The notes: generated by a model not told the origin, from the letters alone. 64,000 bases of DNA from the human T2T-CHM13v2.0 reference genome, Homo sapiens (GCF_009914755.1 NC_060935.1); one strand, 5' to 3'. Numbered from the stretch's first letter, positions 10,731 to 61,100 are shown. Program-made: numbers and translations.

Positions 10731-11516
10731 GACGGGACCTCAGGACGGGGACACGGGTCTGCATGAGGATTGTCTAACAGTCCCTACAAGACGCTGGGGC
10801 CACCATGTACACTGGAGTCCTCTGGCAGCCAGTGTTCCCCGTTGTGCGGGGCTGGCCGTGACCACGCTGGAAACCCCCCGATCCCCTTGTTGCTCCTGCC
10901 CTCCTGCAAGCACCTCCGCCGCCTCGACAAGCACAGCCTGGCCCCAGGGCCTCTCCCTCCCCTGGCCCCAGTCACCCCTACCTCCTCACCACCCCCTGTC
11001 ATCTCCCATTGCTCCCCCTCCTTGCCAAGCTGCTCCTGACTCCCTGTCCCCTCCTCGAGCCATCGGGAAGGCCTGCGTCCTGGCAGGCTCCAGTCTCTGC
11101 GGCTGCCCCTCCGGCAGGCCGCCGAGAATCAGCGCGGCATTGGGCCAGGCACGGTTTCCACGAGCTTCCTCCTTCTGATCCTCCCCTCCGCCCCCCCCAC
11201 CAAGCTCCCCAAAATCTCTCACTCACACCCCAAATCACCTGGGCCCCCCACCTCAAACCAGAGGCCATCGGGGCAGAACCCAGCAATTGTCACCGCCCTC
11301 TCACGAAGCGTCCCGTGCCCCCCGGAGCACATGTCCACAGCGAGGCCCTTCACGGCTCTCAGATCAGCTCCCCGCCTGCAGGTCCCAGCCGGCCCTGCTG
11401 TCGCTGCAGGTTGAGCTTCTCATGAGTGAAGGCCCCGGTCACTCTGACGCCGCCAAATAGTGGAGACAACACCAAGCTCTAAAGATTTTCAAAGGGAGAG
11501 AGACAAAAAAAATGAA

Positions 11517-11805
11517 GGCCAGGTGTGGTGGCTCACACCTTTAATCCCAGCACTTTGGGAGGCTGCGTGGGGAGCCTCGAGCTCAGGAGTTCGGGACCAG
11601 CCTGGGCAACAAAGTGTCTCTACAAAACAATATGAAAATTAACCGGGTGTGGTGGTGTATGTCTGTGGTCCCAGCTAGGGAGGTAGAGCTAGGCTGAGGC
11701 AAGAGGACTGCTTGAGCCCGGGAGGCAGAGGTTGCAGTCAGCCCAGATCACGCCTCTGCACTCCATCCTGGGCAGCAGAGCAAGACTCCATCTCAAAAAA
11801 TAAAA
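11517..11805 (+). mobile_element. Alu (diverged, AluJ-like)
   Basis: ggccaggtgtggtggctcacacctttaatcccagcactttgggaggc ... gactccatctcaaaaaa. Confidence 0.92.
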
Positions 11806-11842
11806 GCTTTGAGAATTTAAAGAAAGAAAAAAAGAAGAAGAA

Positions 11843-11990
11843 GGCCAGGCTGATGACTCACGCCTGTAATCTCAGGATTTGGGAAGACCAAGGTGGGCGG
11901 ATCACTTGAGGCCAGGAGTTTGAGACCAGCCTGGGCAACATAGCAAAACCCTATCTCTACAAATTAAAAAAAAAAAAAAAAGTAAAAACT
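11843..11990 (+). mobile_element. Alu left monomer / FLAM with A tail
   Basis: ggccaggctgatgactcacgcctgtaatc...ggagtttgagaccagcctgggcaacatag...A-tail. Confidence 0.88.
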
Positions 11991-13053
11991 AAAAGCAAAC
12001 AAAATAAATAGCCAAGCTCTCCGACCCAAGGCCTTTTGTGCCGACCGACGCCCATCTTCTCTGACCTGGCCCATGTCTCTTTGCGCCTGCTGGAGAGCTT
12101 CTTCCACTCTCAGCTGGCCCTGAACCCTGGGCTCCCCCAGTACTGCCTCCCCACCCCGCCTGGCCTGTCCGCTCTGCTAGGGGCAGCTGTCTGGTCACTG
12201 CCCTCTCCTGGCATCCCTCCGATCCACCCGGCCCCCTCGAAGCCTTCCCTGCCCCTTTCCTGTCTGTCTCTGTCCCCGTTGAGAGCTTCTCTTCCTCACT
12301 CTCTTCACTCCTGGGCCAGATTCCCAAGCTCACCAGTGGCCACGGCCAGTGGAAGGAAAGGGGCCGAGTGACCCCAGCTCGCGTGCAGGGAGAGGGCACA
12401 GCCCCCAGCTTTGCTCCCCACAGCAAACCCCTCCAGCACCTGCGTGTGCCCACAGAGTGATTTGCCAGGGAGGGGCGCTGCGGGATGGCCTGTACTGCGG
12501 GACGTCCTTTCCAGCCCATGGTGCCAGCACACAGCATCTCCTGCCCAGGCCTCTCCCTGCTCGGCTGGGACTTCTACACGCACCTCCAGCCTGCTACACA
12601 GGTCCCAACCCCCGGCTTCTCCCCTCAAATCCAGGTCTGCACCTCTCAGACATCTGCCTTGTGGCCTCTGCACCTGGAGTGTCCCTGTGTCCTGCCCGCC
12701 TGGCACAGAGCTCCTCCTGGCTCACCCCTCAAGGCTTCCCTGCTTGGCTCCATCCCCCGGAATCTGATGCCCTCAGCTCGCTCCATCCCAGAATCCAAAC
12801 TAACTCATCACCTGATGCAGCCGCTTGCTGGTCCCCGTGCTGCTCGCTGGACCCTGCACCAGATTTGGAGACAGGACAACGGAGGGGCCGGGGTCTGCCC
12901 TCCACACACCTCCCTTAGAGTTTCAGGCACTGAGGGAAGAAATGATTCTGCATCTGATTCTTGGGTAGACTCTTAGCTCTTCAGAGGAAGGCTCTGTTCC
13001 TGTTTAACCTCCCACCCAGCAGGGCCCACACCGTTCTCAAACACGCATGCACT

Positions 13054-13378
13054 GCCCGGGTGCAGTGGTTCATGCTTGTACTCCCAGCACTATGGGAGGC
13101 TGAGACAGGAGGATGGTTTGAGCCCAGGAGTTCAAGACCAGCCTGGGAAACATGGTGAGACCCCATCTGTACACACAAAAAATTTTTTAATTAGCTGGGC
13201 GTGGTGGTATGTACCTGTGATCCCAGTTATTTGGGAGGCTGAGGTGGGAGGATCACTTGAGCCGAGGAGGTAGAGGCTGCAGTAAGCCCTGGTTGCACCA
13301 CTGCACTCCAGCCTGGGTGACAGAGCAAGACCCTGTCACACACGCTCGTGCGCACACACACACACACACACACACACA
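13054..13378 (+). mobile_element. AluJ-like element ending in a (CA)n microsatellite
   Basis: Both Alu arms present; ...gaccctgtc is followed by a CA repeat instead of poly(A). Confidence 0.92.
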
Positions 13379-13928
13379 GAAATGCCCGGACGGCCTGAGG
13401 GGTGGCTGGGCCCTCACTGGGGACACCTCCTCCCTTGCCCACGCCTGCCAGTCCAGGCTGAGTGGAGAGAAGGGCTGGAGGCAGGGGCTTGGCCAGGGAG
13501 GGAAGGAGTGAGAAGCGGGCGGCCACATGGGCTGGGCAGCCTCCGGGATGCTCTTTGCTTTTGTTTTTTTGTGAAAAGGTTGAGTGATTTGCACATCAAC
13601 GTGGAGGGTGTAGGGAGGAGAGGCTGGGGGACCGGGAGGAAGGTGGATGGGCCGCAAGATGGCCCTGGCGTCTGCGGAGGAGTAGCTGAGTGAGAGAGCA
13701 AGAGTCTGCCTTCTCCACGACGGTGATGTGGGCAGGAGAGAGGGCTGGACGGCCACAGGAGGACACCCTGCACCCTGGCTTCCCTTTCCTCTGCGATTCG
13801 GGAGGTGAGGGCGCACATCTGCTGAGAAGGCCTCCCAGAGCCCCGTGAGCATCCTGGAGTGTGCCTATTCCTCGGCCTGGGTGCCTTGAGAACAGGCAGG
13901 GCTCCCCCACGCCGTGGCCTGCTTGTGA

Positions 13929-14673
<745 letters not shown>

Positions 14674-14849
14674 GGGTTGGGTAGGCAGAGGGGAGGAGGG
14701 CACACTCTCCAAGCCCTTGGGGCAGGCCGATCGTCACCCCAGCCTTCAGCTCCAGGGCCTGTGGGCCTCCCCCTCCGCCCGAGCGGCTTCGTAGACCTGG
14801 GGCTGAGTGTGGTTTTGTGCTCTGTGTCTCCCTCTTGAAATTCTTAGGG

Positions 14850-15158
14850 TTTTTTTGTTTTTGTTTTGTTTTGTTTGAGATGGAGTCTAGCTCTGTCGCC
14901 CAGGCTGAAGTGCAGTGGCACGATCTTGGCTCACCGCAAACTCCGCCTCCCAAGTTCAAGCGATTCTCCTACCTCAGCTTCCCGAGTAGCTGGGCTTACA
15001 GCCGCCCGCCACCACGCCTGGCTGATTTTTATATTTTTAGTAGAGATGGGGTTTCACCATGTTGGCCAGGCTGGTGTCAAACTCCTGACCTCAAGTGATC
15101 CACCTGCCTCGGGCTCCCAAAGTGCTGGGATTACAGGTGTGAGCCACCGCACCCGGCC
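14850..15158 (-). mobile_element. AluS element
   Basis: Full dimer, reverse strand, (TTTTG)n tail. Confidence 0.94.
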
Positions 15159-16789
15159 AAAATTCTCAGTTTTTGAACCACAGGGTTCTGCATTCTCATT
15201 TTGCTCTAGCTCCAAAAGTGAGGCAGCCGGTCCAGCCTTCGGGCAGTAGAGGGCAGGAGGGGGTGGACCCCAGCCTCCACCTGCCTGTCCTCTTCCTGGC
15301 AAGGTTCCTGAAGCTCCCAGCGACGATGCTGGGGCTGCCCTTCTGCAGGCCAAGGGAAGGACCTCAAGGGCAGGAGGACACAGGCATTGCACCTGCCGAT
15401 GCAGTGCCTGGACGGGTGGGTGAGCGGAATGGCTGCAACCTGGAGGCGAGACCCTACCACCATGAGGGGAGCCGTTTCAGGATGGCCTCAGGATGGAGGC
15501 CGCATGGTGAGAACCGCAGGGCTCTGCCATGTGCCACTCTGCAAGGGGGACTTGGGGGCCCTTAGGGACCCCCAGGGAGGAGGCGTGGGGAAGACACAGG
15601 CATGGCCTGTTCATCTCCATGGCGCTGGGCCTGATCTGGTTTTAGCCCTGCCCATCGTCTGGGCCACGGATCCCTCTGGTGCCTCCACTCGTGGGGCTCT
15701 GAAAGCCTCTGCTGGTCTTTGTGGTGTGTTTGGTGGGTGGGGGGCTCGCTGAGTCCCAAGGAGGCGGCCTCCGGTTCGGCCCCACCCTGATGGGTCAACA
15801 CTCTGGGCCCAGGGCCCTCCCAACCCCTGGCCTCTCTCCAGCCCCTCTTTGCCTTGGGACCCCCTGTAAGTCCTTGCTGGTTGGATTTCTCAGGCCCAGC
15901 CGCTGGCCAGGGCTCCCTTCTCCCATTCTCCTGCGCTGAGGTTTCCAGCAGGGAAGCCTTCGCCACCTCTGTGGCTGCCCTACTCTGGCCCAGCTTAAGT
16001 CCTCCCCTGCCTCAGCTTTTGGGGTCTGGCTCCTGCAGTCATGCATCCCTCCTCCTGACCCTGGAGCCACTGCGTGGTCACTCCCAGAAGCTGGGGACAG
16101 TGAGGGCTGGAAACAGCCTCCATCCCTCCCCTCGGGCTGGCCTATGCCTCTTGGGAGGGTCCCTGAGGCACTGCCTTTAGAGCCTGGGGACACGAACCAC
16201 TCGGTGGTCAACTCCAGCGACCAGAGCACGGAGAGCAAGGGGCAGCGGGGGGACGAGGCGGATGCCCGACAGCTCGGCATCAGCAAGGCAGTCCAAGACA
16301 GAACAAGGCACCCGACGGGTAGAACGCAGGGGCATCCCGGGCACAGCCCCCAAAGCCACCTGGGACCCACAGCTGTTTGATGTGCTCAAGGCTATGACCC
16401 CAGGCTTCGAGAAAAGACTCCACCAAGTTCCATGAGCACCTGTAGGAGAGCCGGCCTCTGGGTAGATTTCACCCAAAGAAGCTAAAACGCTCACGTGGTG
16501 CTTATGGGATCACAGACGTGTTTGTCCCTGATGCTGCAGGAGAACTGGCCACTCACAGGTGGACCTGATGGCCAGAGCTACTAGCGGGGACCAGGGGTAA
16601 CATGGGTCCCCCTCCCCGAGCCATGAAGAGCTGCCTGCGGCCATCTTGGCCCTCGCACCCCGTCTCTGTCACCCCAGGCCCCTGTAACTTGCTTAACGCT
16701 TCCTGAGGGGTGGTTTGGGTTTTTTTTTTTTTCTTCCTCTCCTCTTGTAGCAACAGATTAAAAAACAACACCCTGACCCAAGCCGAGAC

Positions 16790-16900
16790 AGGTTCCAAAC
16801 CTCAACCTGCAGCCGGAAGGGGGAAGTGAAACTCGGCTGGGGGTGGGGGCTCAGAAGCCGCCCCAGAAAGCACTGAAAGCCACAGCACGTACACCCACTC
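16790..16900 (+). promoter_or_regulatory. LSP1: LSP1 leukocyte (TATA-less) promoter
   Basis: ETS site CCGGAAG 16813-16819, ETS-IRF composite GGAAGTGAAACT 16822-16833 and a GGGGTGGGG Sp/KLF box just upstream of exon 1. Confidence 0.75.
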
Positions 16901-16942
16901 CAGGGATCTGCCAGCACCCTGTGGGGCCCAGACTACAGGCTG

Positions 16943-51457
<34,515 letters not shown>

Positions 51458-51990
51458 GCGTCCCATCTCGGTGAGTCCCTGGCAACTCACAGAAGGGGAT
51501 GAGGTGCACACACGTGCACTGTGCTGGGAACTTGGCAACCTGGAGGCTGCCTGGAGCCCTGTTGCAGGCTACAAGGGTGGACTCCGAGTTGGCCAGAACC
51601 CAGACCAGCTCAGTCTCCCAGTCCTGTGCAGATGCTGCCTCTCTCACCTGATACCAGATTCAAACTCTCCGCTCATTTCACTAGAGTCAGCCCGGCTCAG
51701 CCACTGCTCCACTAGGGAAGCTCAAGGCTCCCATCTGGGACTCCCCAAAAGCCACAGCAGGGCTCGTGAGGGAAGTGAGGGGCAGCCTGGCCACCACAGG
51801 GCTAGCATTGAAGGAAGCAGGTGGCATGGAGCCCAGGTTCCCTGACCATCTGTATGCTGAGGGTCCATAGAGGGGCAGGAACTTAGGTCCTACTCCCTGT
51901 CCCAGCCGAGAGCGATTCAGAGGTCCTGATGCCCTCCCCATCCCATGCTGCAGACAGAGCAGTGCCACTCCTGCCATGGTGAGACACACA

Positions 51991-51996
51991 TTTATT
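51991..51996 (-). terminator. PRR33: Probable PRR33 polyadenylation signal
   Basis: Plus-strand TTTATT = minus-strand AATAAA, about 1 kb after the PRR33 stop. Confidence 0.55.
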
Positions 51997-53038
51997 AGTG
52001 ACCTGGGCCCCAGGCTCCATTTCCAGCACCCATCACACCACAGGGTGGGGCAGCTGTCCTCCTACCATCTTCCCCTGCCAAACCCTGACTCTCAAGCAGC
52101 TGTGGCAGAGGCTTTTTCTGGTACCTCTGTGTCCCTCTCCTGTGGTTGGCCACCCCCACCAGAGCCTGGCTGACTGCTGAGTAGGCCCCTCCACTCTCCC
52201 CACCAGGGCCACAGCCCCTTCTCTGTCCCGCTTGGCCAAGCTGTTCCCATAGGGTTGGGACTGAGGGCTCCCTCCTCATCCAGCTGTCAAAGCCTGGGCA
52301 TGGCCAGTGCTGAGACCCTCGCTGTCCCACCAGCGAATCCCTCGAGTTCTGCCCCCTCAGGCTGTCAGCCCAGGTAGGGGAAGCAGAGGTGGGCCGAGAG
52401 AGAGGTCACGCTGGGCCCTCCTCCACCCCTGATGAGCCCCTCCCTGCCTGCCCCTGAGCACTTGTATTGGTGCCAAGTCCCACGCTGGCTGAGGGCTCCC
52501 CCCTGCACCCTAGTCCCAGGATCTGGCTCTGCCATCAGGAAGCACAGGCAGCAAAACTGCTGACTGCTCCTGACGCCGATGGCCAAGCCAGCCTGACCGC
52601 ACCCATGCCTCAGCAAGCAGAGATCTGGCCCCAAACCTTTGACAGCAAAAGGTGACAGCAAAAGGGAGGATCAGTGAGAGGCCCAGGCCCCTGAGGAGCC
52701 TGGGCTAGGTCAGTAGATGCAGTCCTCTGCCATCTTACCTAAAGTTTTCATCCCAAGGCCCCCATCCTACATCCCGACGCAGACCCCTTCTCTGTTCCCC
52801 TCACACCACTGCAGCCCAGGGGCTCCAGCTCGTCCTCTCTGCCCCGTCCACCTGACCACCCTCCTAACCATGCAGACTTCCCTCAGCACCCCATGTGCCC
52901 TTCCCAGGCTGCCCTGCACCCCATGCCCCTTGGGCCCTGGTGCATCTTCATGCAGCAACTATGGGCCCCCAGCTAGAGCCTCAGCCCCTTCTTCTGTCCA
53001 TCCCATGGTCCTGGGCTCTGGGGGCCATTCTGGCCACT

Positions 53039-54487
<1,449 letters not shown>

Positions 54488-55666
54488 CTAGGGTGGGAGG
54501 GACAGTGGTCAGGCCAGCCCTCCTCCCTCCTGAGGTGGGAGGCCTGTGTCTCCCGTGGTCCAAGGAGGACCTGGGGCCAGGGGTGTGGAGGCCTGAGTAT
54601 TCTGCTTCCTGAGCACCCAGAACCTGCCAGGGACATGCTGAGCTCGACTGTGCCTTGGGGACTTTGGGGTGGCCCCACCATCACCCTAGTGTAGAAATGA
54701 GGCCACAGAGGCCGAGTCCCTCCAGGGATGGGGCTAGAACCTGCCTCCAGGGCTCTGTCCTCCATGCCACCCCAGCACAAAGCAGGCCCCAAGTACACAG
54801 CCTGGGTCAGGCCGCAACACCGTGTGGGCTGGGGTGGGAGACGGAGACGCGGGTGAGCCCCAAGTGACAGGCATGCCCCTGGCCAGCTGCTGGCCAAGCC
54901 CAGGGCTGGAAGAGCGGCTGCCCCCAGACACGTGAGGGGCGCCCTGTTGTCGCCGGCTCAACCACAGGCGCGTCCGCTGCGAGCCAGCGGTGAGGGGTGG
55001 CGGCCAAGAGGCTTGGGAAAGCCGAGGCTGCATCATCAGAGGTAGATTGGCCGGAAGGTGGGAGCAGTTTTCGCTGAGCTATGCTAAATGGGATATTCCC
55101 GCAGACCTCCTGTCTGGGGTGGCCCGGCCAAGCCGCCCACCCTGGTTTCTGGGCACCACGTGTTTGCAAGGACATTGACAAATGGCATCTGTCCGAGCCA
55201 GAGGCTCTCTGGTTTGGGGAAGGAGGGAGTCCTGGGGGCTGCCGCTGGTGGGGGCTGGCTCTGCCAAGGCAAGAACAGAGCTGCTGGAGGGGTGGGGGCG
55301 GAAGGAGCCTGCTTAGGACTGCTCTCAGCTACCGGCCTCCTCTGGATGACGGGACTGCAGGAACCACGAGAACCCCAGTTCTAGCTCCCAGGGTGGGCAG
55401 GCTGCTTGGCAGGCAGGCCGCCTTCCCTCCACCAGGAGTCAGGTCTCCAGCCAGAGGTCCTGACCCAGGGCACAAGTGCTCGCACTGGGAAGCAGGCCTC
55501 TGAGGCAGGACGTCTTCTCCTGTGGTGGAGTGGGGGTGTGGGCAGGGCAGGGAGGCCAGCAGAGAGAGGCTCGGGGAGCAGGCTCTGTGGGCTTGCAGGA
55601 GGCAGGTCTGTGGCCCCTCCCTGGACCCTAGCCTAATGCCCCCTGCACCCCATGCCTATGTTCCAG

Positions 55667-56160
55667 CTTCCTGGGTCTGCAGGTCCAGCCGGCTGGCACC
55701 CTCCATGTACCCAGGGGAGATTCCAGCCAGACACCCGCCCCCCGGCCCTGGCTAAGAAGTTGCTTCCTGTTGCCAGCATGACCTACCCTCGCCTCTTTGA
55801 TGCCATCCGCTGCCACCTCCTTTTGCTCCTGGACCCTTTAGCCTCTCTGCCCTTCCACTCTCTGACCACCGCCCCCGCCCTCCCCACCCAGCTCCGCTTC
55901 TTGTTACTTGGGGGAGGAAAGAAACTCCTGATCATTGGCCAAAGGGACTTACCCCTGGAGAGGCCAAGTGCCTTCTAGGAAGTTAGGAGGTTGAGGCACA
56001 GCCTGTGCAGAGAGGGTGGGTCACCCCCCCAGATCCAAGGGGAAACTGCAGGTCAAGGGCTGATAACGGCCATGCAGGATGCTTGATGCTGCGTCCCCCG
56101 CTGCTTGCCGCCCCCCACCCCGCCATTTTGTATAATAAAGCTCCCTGTGTATTCTCATGT
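55667..56160 (+). other. LSP1: LSP1 terminal 3'UTR exon
   Basis: Acceptor ttccag ending at 55666; AATAAA 56134-56139 followed by GT-rich sequence. Confidence 0.8.
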
Positions 56161-56519
56161 GCTGGCTGTCTTGTACTCACTAAGGGGGCAGGGCTGGCCA
56201 GGATGGAAATGTTGGGCCAGTGGCCAGCCCATTCCCACACTGCACAGCATGCTGTGGCCTCTGGGTTCGGGCAGTCTGACCTGTCTCATGGCCTTTGCAG
56301 TATAAGACGCCAGGACATAAGCTCTCTGGTGGCCTAAGTCAGAGCACACACAATGGGTGGGGTCCGGGCTTCCTTTTCCAGAATGTCTGTGATATCCCTA
56401 CCCCAACCAGGACTAGCCCAATATAAACTTCTGTGCCTTGACTTCGCACCCACTGAGGGCAAGATCCACCTCGGGGCCTCCCCCAACACCACACAGGAGG
56501 TGCTCAGTGAAGGTTTGGA

Positions 56520-58165
56520 AAACAGACAAATGGGTGGATGGGTGGGTGGATGGATGGATGGGTAGGTGGGTGGACGAATGGATAGATGAATAGATTAATG
56601 GATGGATGAGTGGATGGATAGGTGGGTGAATGGATGGGTAGGTGGGCGAGTGGATGAATGGCTGGGTGGGCAAGTGGGTGGATGGATGGATGGGTAGGTG
56701 GGTGGACGAATGGATAGATGATCAGATGAATGGATGGATGAGTGGACAGATAGGTGGGTGAATGGATGGGTAGGTGGGTGAGTGGATGAATGGCTGGATG
56801 AGCGAGTGGAGGGATGGGTGAGTGGATGAATAGGGGATGGATGAATGGATAGAGGGATATGTGGATGAGTGAATGAGTAAGTGGGTGGGTGGGTGGATGG
56901 ATGGATTGATGGATGGATGAGTGGACGGATAAGCAGGTGAATGGATGGGTAGGTGGGTGAGTGGATGAATGGTTGGGTGGGTGAGTGGAGGGATGGGTGA
57001 GTGGATGAATAGGGGATGGATGAATGGATAGAGGGATGTATGGATGAGTGAATGGGTAAGCAGGTGGGTGGATGGATGGACTAATGGATGGATGAGTGGG
57101 TGAATAGGTGGGTGAATGGATGGGTGGGTGGGAGGATGGCTGGCTGGCTGGCTGGCTGGATGGATGGATGGATGGATGGATGGATGGGTTAGTGAATGGA
57201 TAGGTGGATGGATGAAAGGAGGGATGCATGAGTGGATAGGTAGATGAGTGGATGGATGGATGAAGGGATGGCTGGATGAATGGACAGAGGGAGAGAGGGG
57301 GGATGGAGGGAGGGATGAGTGAGTGAATGGGTAGGTGGGTGGGTGGATGGATGGATGGAAGGAGCGATAAATGAAGGGATGGGTAGGTGGTTGGATGGAT
57401 GGATAGATAGATAATGGAGGGATTGATGAATGAAGGGATGGATGCATGGATGGGTAGATGGATGGATGGATGAAGGGATGGATGAGAGTGGATGGACAGG
57501 TGGATGGATGGATAGGTGGATGGATGAATGGAGGGATGGATGTGTGGATGGGTAGATGAAAGGATGGATGAAAGGACGGATAGATAGATAGGTGAGTGAG
57601 TGAATGGATAGGTGGATGGATGAATGGAGAGATGGATGAGTGGATGGGTAGATGGGTGGGTGGATGGATGGGTGAAGGGATAGATGAATGGATGGACAGA
57701 GAGCGGGAAGGATGGATGGAGGAAGGGATGAATGAGTGGATGGGTAGGTGGGTGGGTGGATGGATGGATGAGTGGATGTGTGGATGGATGGATGGAGGGA
57801 GGGATGGATGGATGAAGGGAGGGTGGATGAAGGGAGGGAGGGAGGGATGGATGGATGCATGAATGGGTAGATGGATAGATGAAGAGATGGATGGATGGAT
57901 GGATAGACAGGTAGATGGATGGGTAGATAGATGGATAGGTGGGTGGATGAATGGATGGATAGACTAATGATGGATGGATGGATGGATGGCGGGAGGGATA
58001 GATGAAATGGAGGGATGAGTGGATGGGTAGGTGATTGTATGGGTGGTTGAAAGGATGGACAGACGGAGGGATGGATGATGGAAGAGAAGGAGGGAGGAAG
58101 GAAGGAAAGGAAGTGGTGAAGGTGAGAGTGAATGCATGGGAATGAATAGATGGGTGGATGAATGG
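56520..58165 (+). repeat. (GGAT/GGGT)n array
   Basis: About 1.6 kb tetranucleotide repeat. Confidence 0.96.
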
Positions 58166-61100
58166 ACAACTGTGTGAAATAGCAGACAGCCTGGGGACAC
58201 CCTCCCTCCTGTCCCTCCTCTCCCAGGTCTTGCACTGGGCCCTGACACTCAGCCCTGCAGCCTTCAGCGTCTGGGAAGTCCCTTCGAGGAGCAGCACCCC
58301 AGACTCTGATGTTCTGGACTTCACTTTGCCATTCCCTTGGGTCCTCACAGCCACTATTTTCTGAAGGCTTCATGTCAAACCCTGCTTGCCTCATGAATAC
58401 ACACAGTTCAGAAAAGCAAAACCTCGACAGAGCCACCACCCACACAAGGGAGGTGACGTGCCCCCATCCTTTCTCAGATGCCCCAGCCACTGAGAGAGGA
58501 TCCAGGCCACCCTCCCCAGCTGGGGAACCACCCAGTGACAGCACTCCCTTGTTTCCCACCTGATCCGCTTGGGACGGTGACCAAGGGCAGCCGAGAGGCA
58601 GGCCCAAAGGCCACAGTTGGGCACTCAGCACTGGGGTGCAGAGTGGACAGCACCAGGGGCAGGGGGTAGTTGGGGTCAGCAGTGCTGAGGAGGCAGCCAC
58701 TGCCCACCCCGCCCCCGACCAGCCCTGGCCCCTTGTCAGATCATCTGCACCCCTCGGCTCAGCCTCGAGAACAAGGACCCAGGGCCTGTCCCTCTGAGCT
58801 CTACCCAGCCACAGCCCTGCTGTGTTTCTGATGCAGCCTCCCGTCCACGGCCACAGCAACCCCATGCCCCTGCTCCTGGAAACCTGGAGGTCAGGCCATG
58901 CCCAATGCGGAGGTCAGGAGGCTCAAAAGGCCTGCAGCCTAAGAGGCCCCTGGCCAGGGATGGCAGATGAAGCCCCTAGCCTCTGTCCTGCCTGCCAGAG
59001 CAGCCACCAGACACCCTGTGACCCTTGCTACAAGCCCCTAGGCCAGCCACAGAGAAGACACCCATCATATCTGCAGAACGAGTCAATGAAACTGCAAAAT
59101 CAGAAGCACTAGGCATGTGGGGAGGCAGCTACCTAGGGCTGGAGCAGCTCAGTTCCCAAGTGCTGTGTCAGCTGCTCCTGTCCTGGGCCTGGCAGTGATT
59201 GAGCCCACAGCTGGGCCGAGCGGCCTCAGGCTGGATCCAGCCTGGGGGCTCAGGTCAGCTCAGGGCATGAGGAGAGGCTCAGGACCCTCTTGGTCTCCAC
59301 CACCCCCAACCATGCGCACTGGGTGCTGGGACCTAGATTGAGGGGCCCCGGCCACCATCTGGGGGCCACCCAGGCAGGGAGCTGCAGCCAAGACACTCAG
59401 GAGGCCATCCTCCCTCCCACAGCCTGCTCCCCACTCCCTGGGCTTGGCTCAGCATTTGCCAATTTCAGAACCCCCCCATCCCCCAACAACTGCCCTAGAG
59501 CCAAGGCCCCGTGGTCCGTCCTCAGACTCCTCCTGGGTGGAAATGCGTCCCCAACCCAGGCTGGGCCTCCCTTGTGCCCTGCCCCCACCCAGGTCTACAG
59601 TCCCCCAGGAGGCCCCTGCCCTGCCTCCTCTCCTTGGACCATCCCGGTCCGGCCAGATGGCAGCAGGGCATGGGTTACCTGGTGCAGGCCCTCGAGGCCG
59701 CTGGTGCCTGCTCTGTGCAGTCCCTGCTACGCCTCAGGCCCAGCGCCCGAGGGGGAGGTCGCCGATACCCAAAATAAAACCTGCCCTATCCCTCTGACCT
59801 CAGCTGGCTGGGCGGAGAGCGCCTGCCAAAGCTCCAGGAGCTGGGCGGGCAGCACCTTCCCCTGCTGGCCACACGGGGCCAGTGCAGGGTTATGGCACAC
59901 CCACCTTCAGGTGCGCCCCTCAGGACCCCTGGCCTGGGTGAGGGCTTGGGTGGGCACAGGCTTCCTAGGCCTGCAGACTGAACCACGTGTAACCAGAATG
60001 GTGGGCTCAGGGCTCCGTTAGAGAAGCCGGCAGAGCGAGCCTGGAAAAGGAGGTTGGCCCCACCATGGGAGAGGATGGGGTGGGCCCGCTGACCCCCAGG
60101 GACCCGCTCACGTGCCTCTGAGGGAGCAGTTCTGCAGATGTCCCCAGTGGGCAGGAAGCTGGTCACAGATATCCAGGGGCCAGGGCTGTTTGTGGCCCCC
60201 AAAGCCTTGCCCATCGAGGACATGGACAGGGAGGGGAAGGCGTGGAATGCAGACGAAGCCACAGACCCAGAGCAGGAGGACGGCGACGTTCCCAGCAACC
60301 CCAGCTCCAAGAGCCTTCCCAGTGCCGGGCACTCAGCGGGAGGCAGGCAGGGGACCGGCCCTGTCCTTTGAAATGGCAGCCTGGGGCCAGCCCGCCTTGT
60401 CGTGTGACCCCAGGCACACCTTGCCTGTCCCTGGGCTCTGCGGCCTCGCTCTTCCATGGAGGGGTGGAATGAGGTGCCAACCACAGCCTTCCGGAAGGCC
60501 CCCGACCCGGCCCCAGGGCACTGTGAGCCCCTGCCGGGTTATCCTGTTGTCCCTGACTCTAAGCCTGGGGAGGACAGGGACCTCATCTGTGCCTCTCGGG
60601 ACTCACCCCTGTCCTGGGCGCTGGCCAAGAAGGAACCAATCTGTGCCTGAACCGAAGAGTTCCGCAGACACCACCGCCCACGCTCAGCCTGTGGGGTCTG
60701 AGGGGAGTGAGGGGGTGGGTCAGGGTGCCAGACTGCTCTCCCCCACCTGGTGCCTCAGTTTCCCTGATCCAAGAGGCAGGGTTATCCAATCTGGTGGCCT
60801 CACTGGCCAGCATACAGGCCATCAGAGGCCAGGAAGGATGTCTGCTAGTCGGACGGTGCCACCTGGAGTCCTGAGGAAAGAAAACCAGTCTCCACACGCC
60901 ACAATGAGCCTGTGGGAGATGCTGGCACAGATGGTAACGGCCACTGCGAGTGCCCAGGGTGGGGCCCCAGGGTTAGAAAGGGCCTAGAGGGAGGACCCAG
61001 ACCCTTACCCAGCAAACTCCATGTGTAGCCCCCTGCAATGGCAGCAGCCCCGGGGGGAGGTATGGCAGACTCGGACTGCAGCCAGCCTGGCCATGTCCCT

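Noticed and set aside
56504-58865. 616-aa and 558-aa minus-strand ORFs (also those at 25174-26143)
   Set aside because: They are translations of (CCAT)n repeats (HPSI runs) and lack stops only because of composition.
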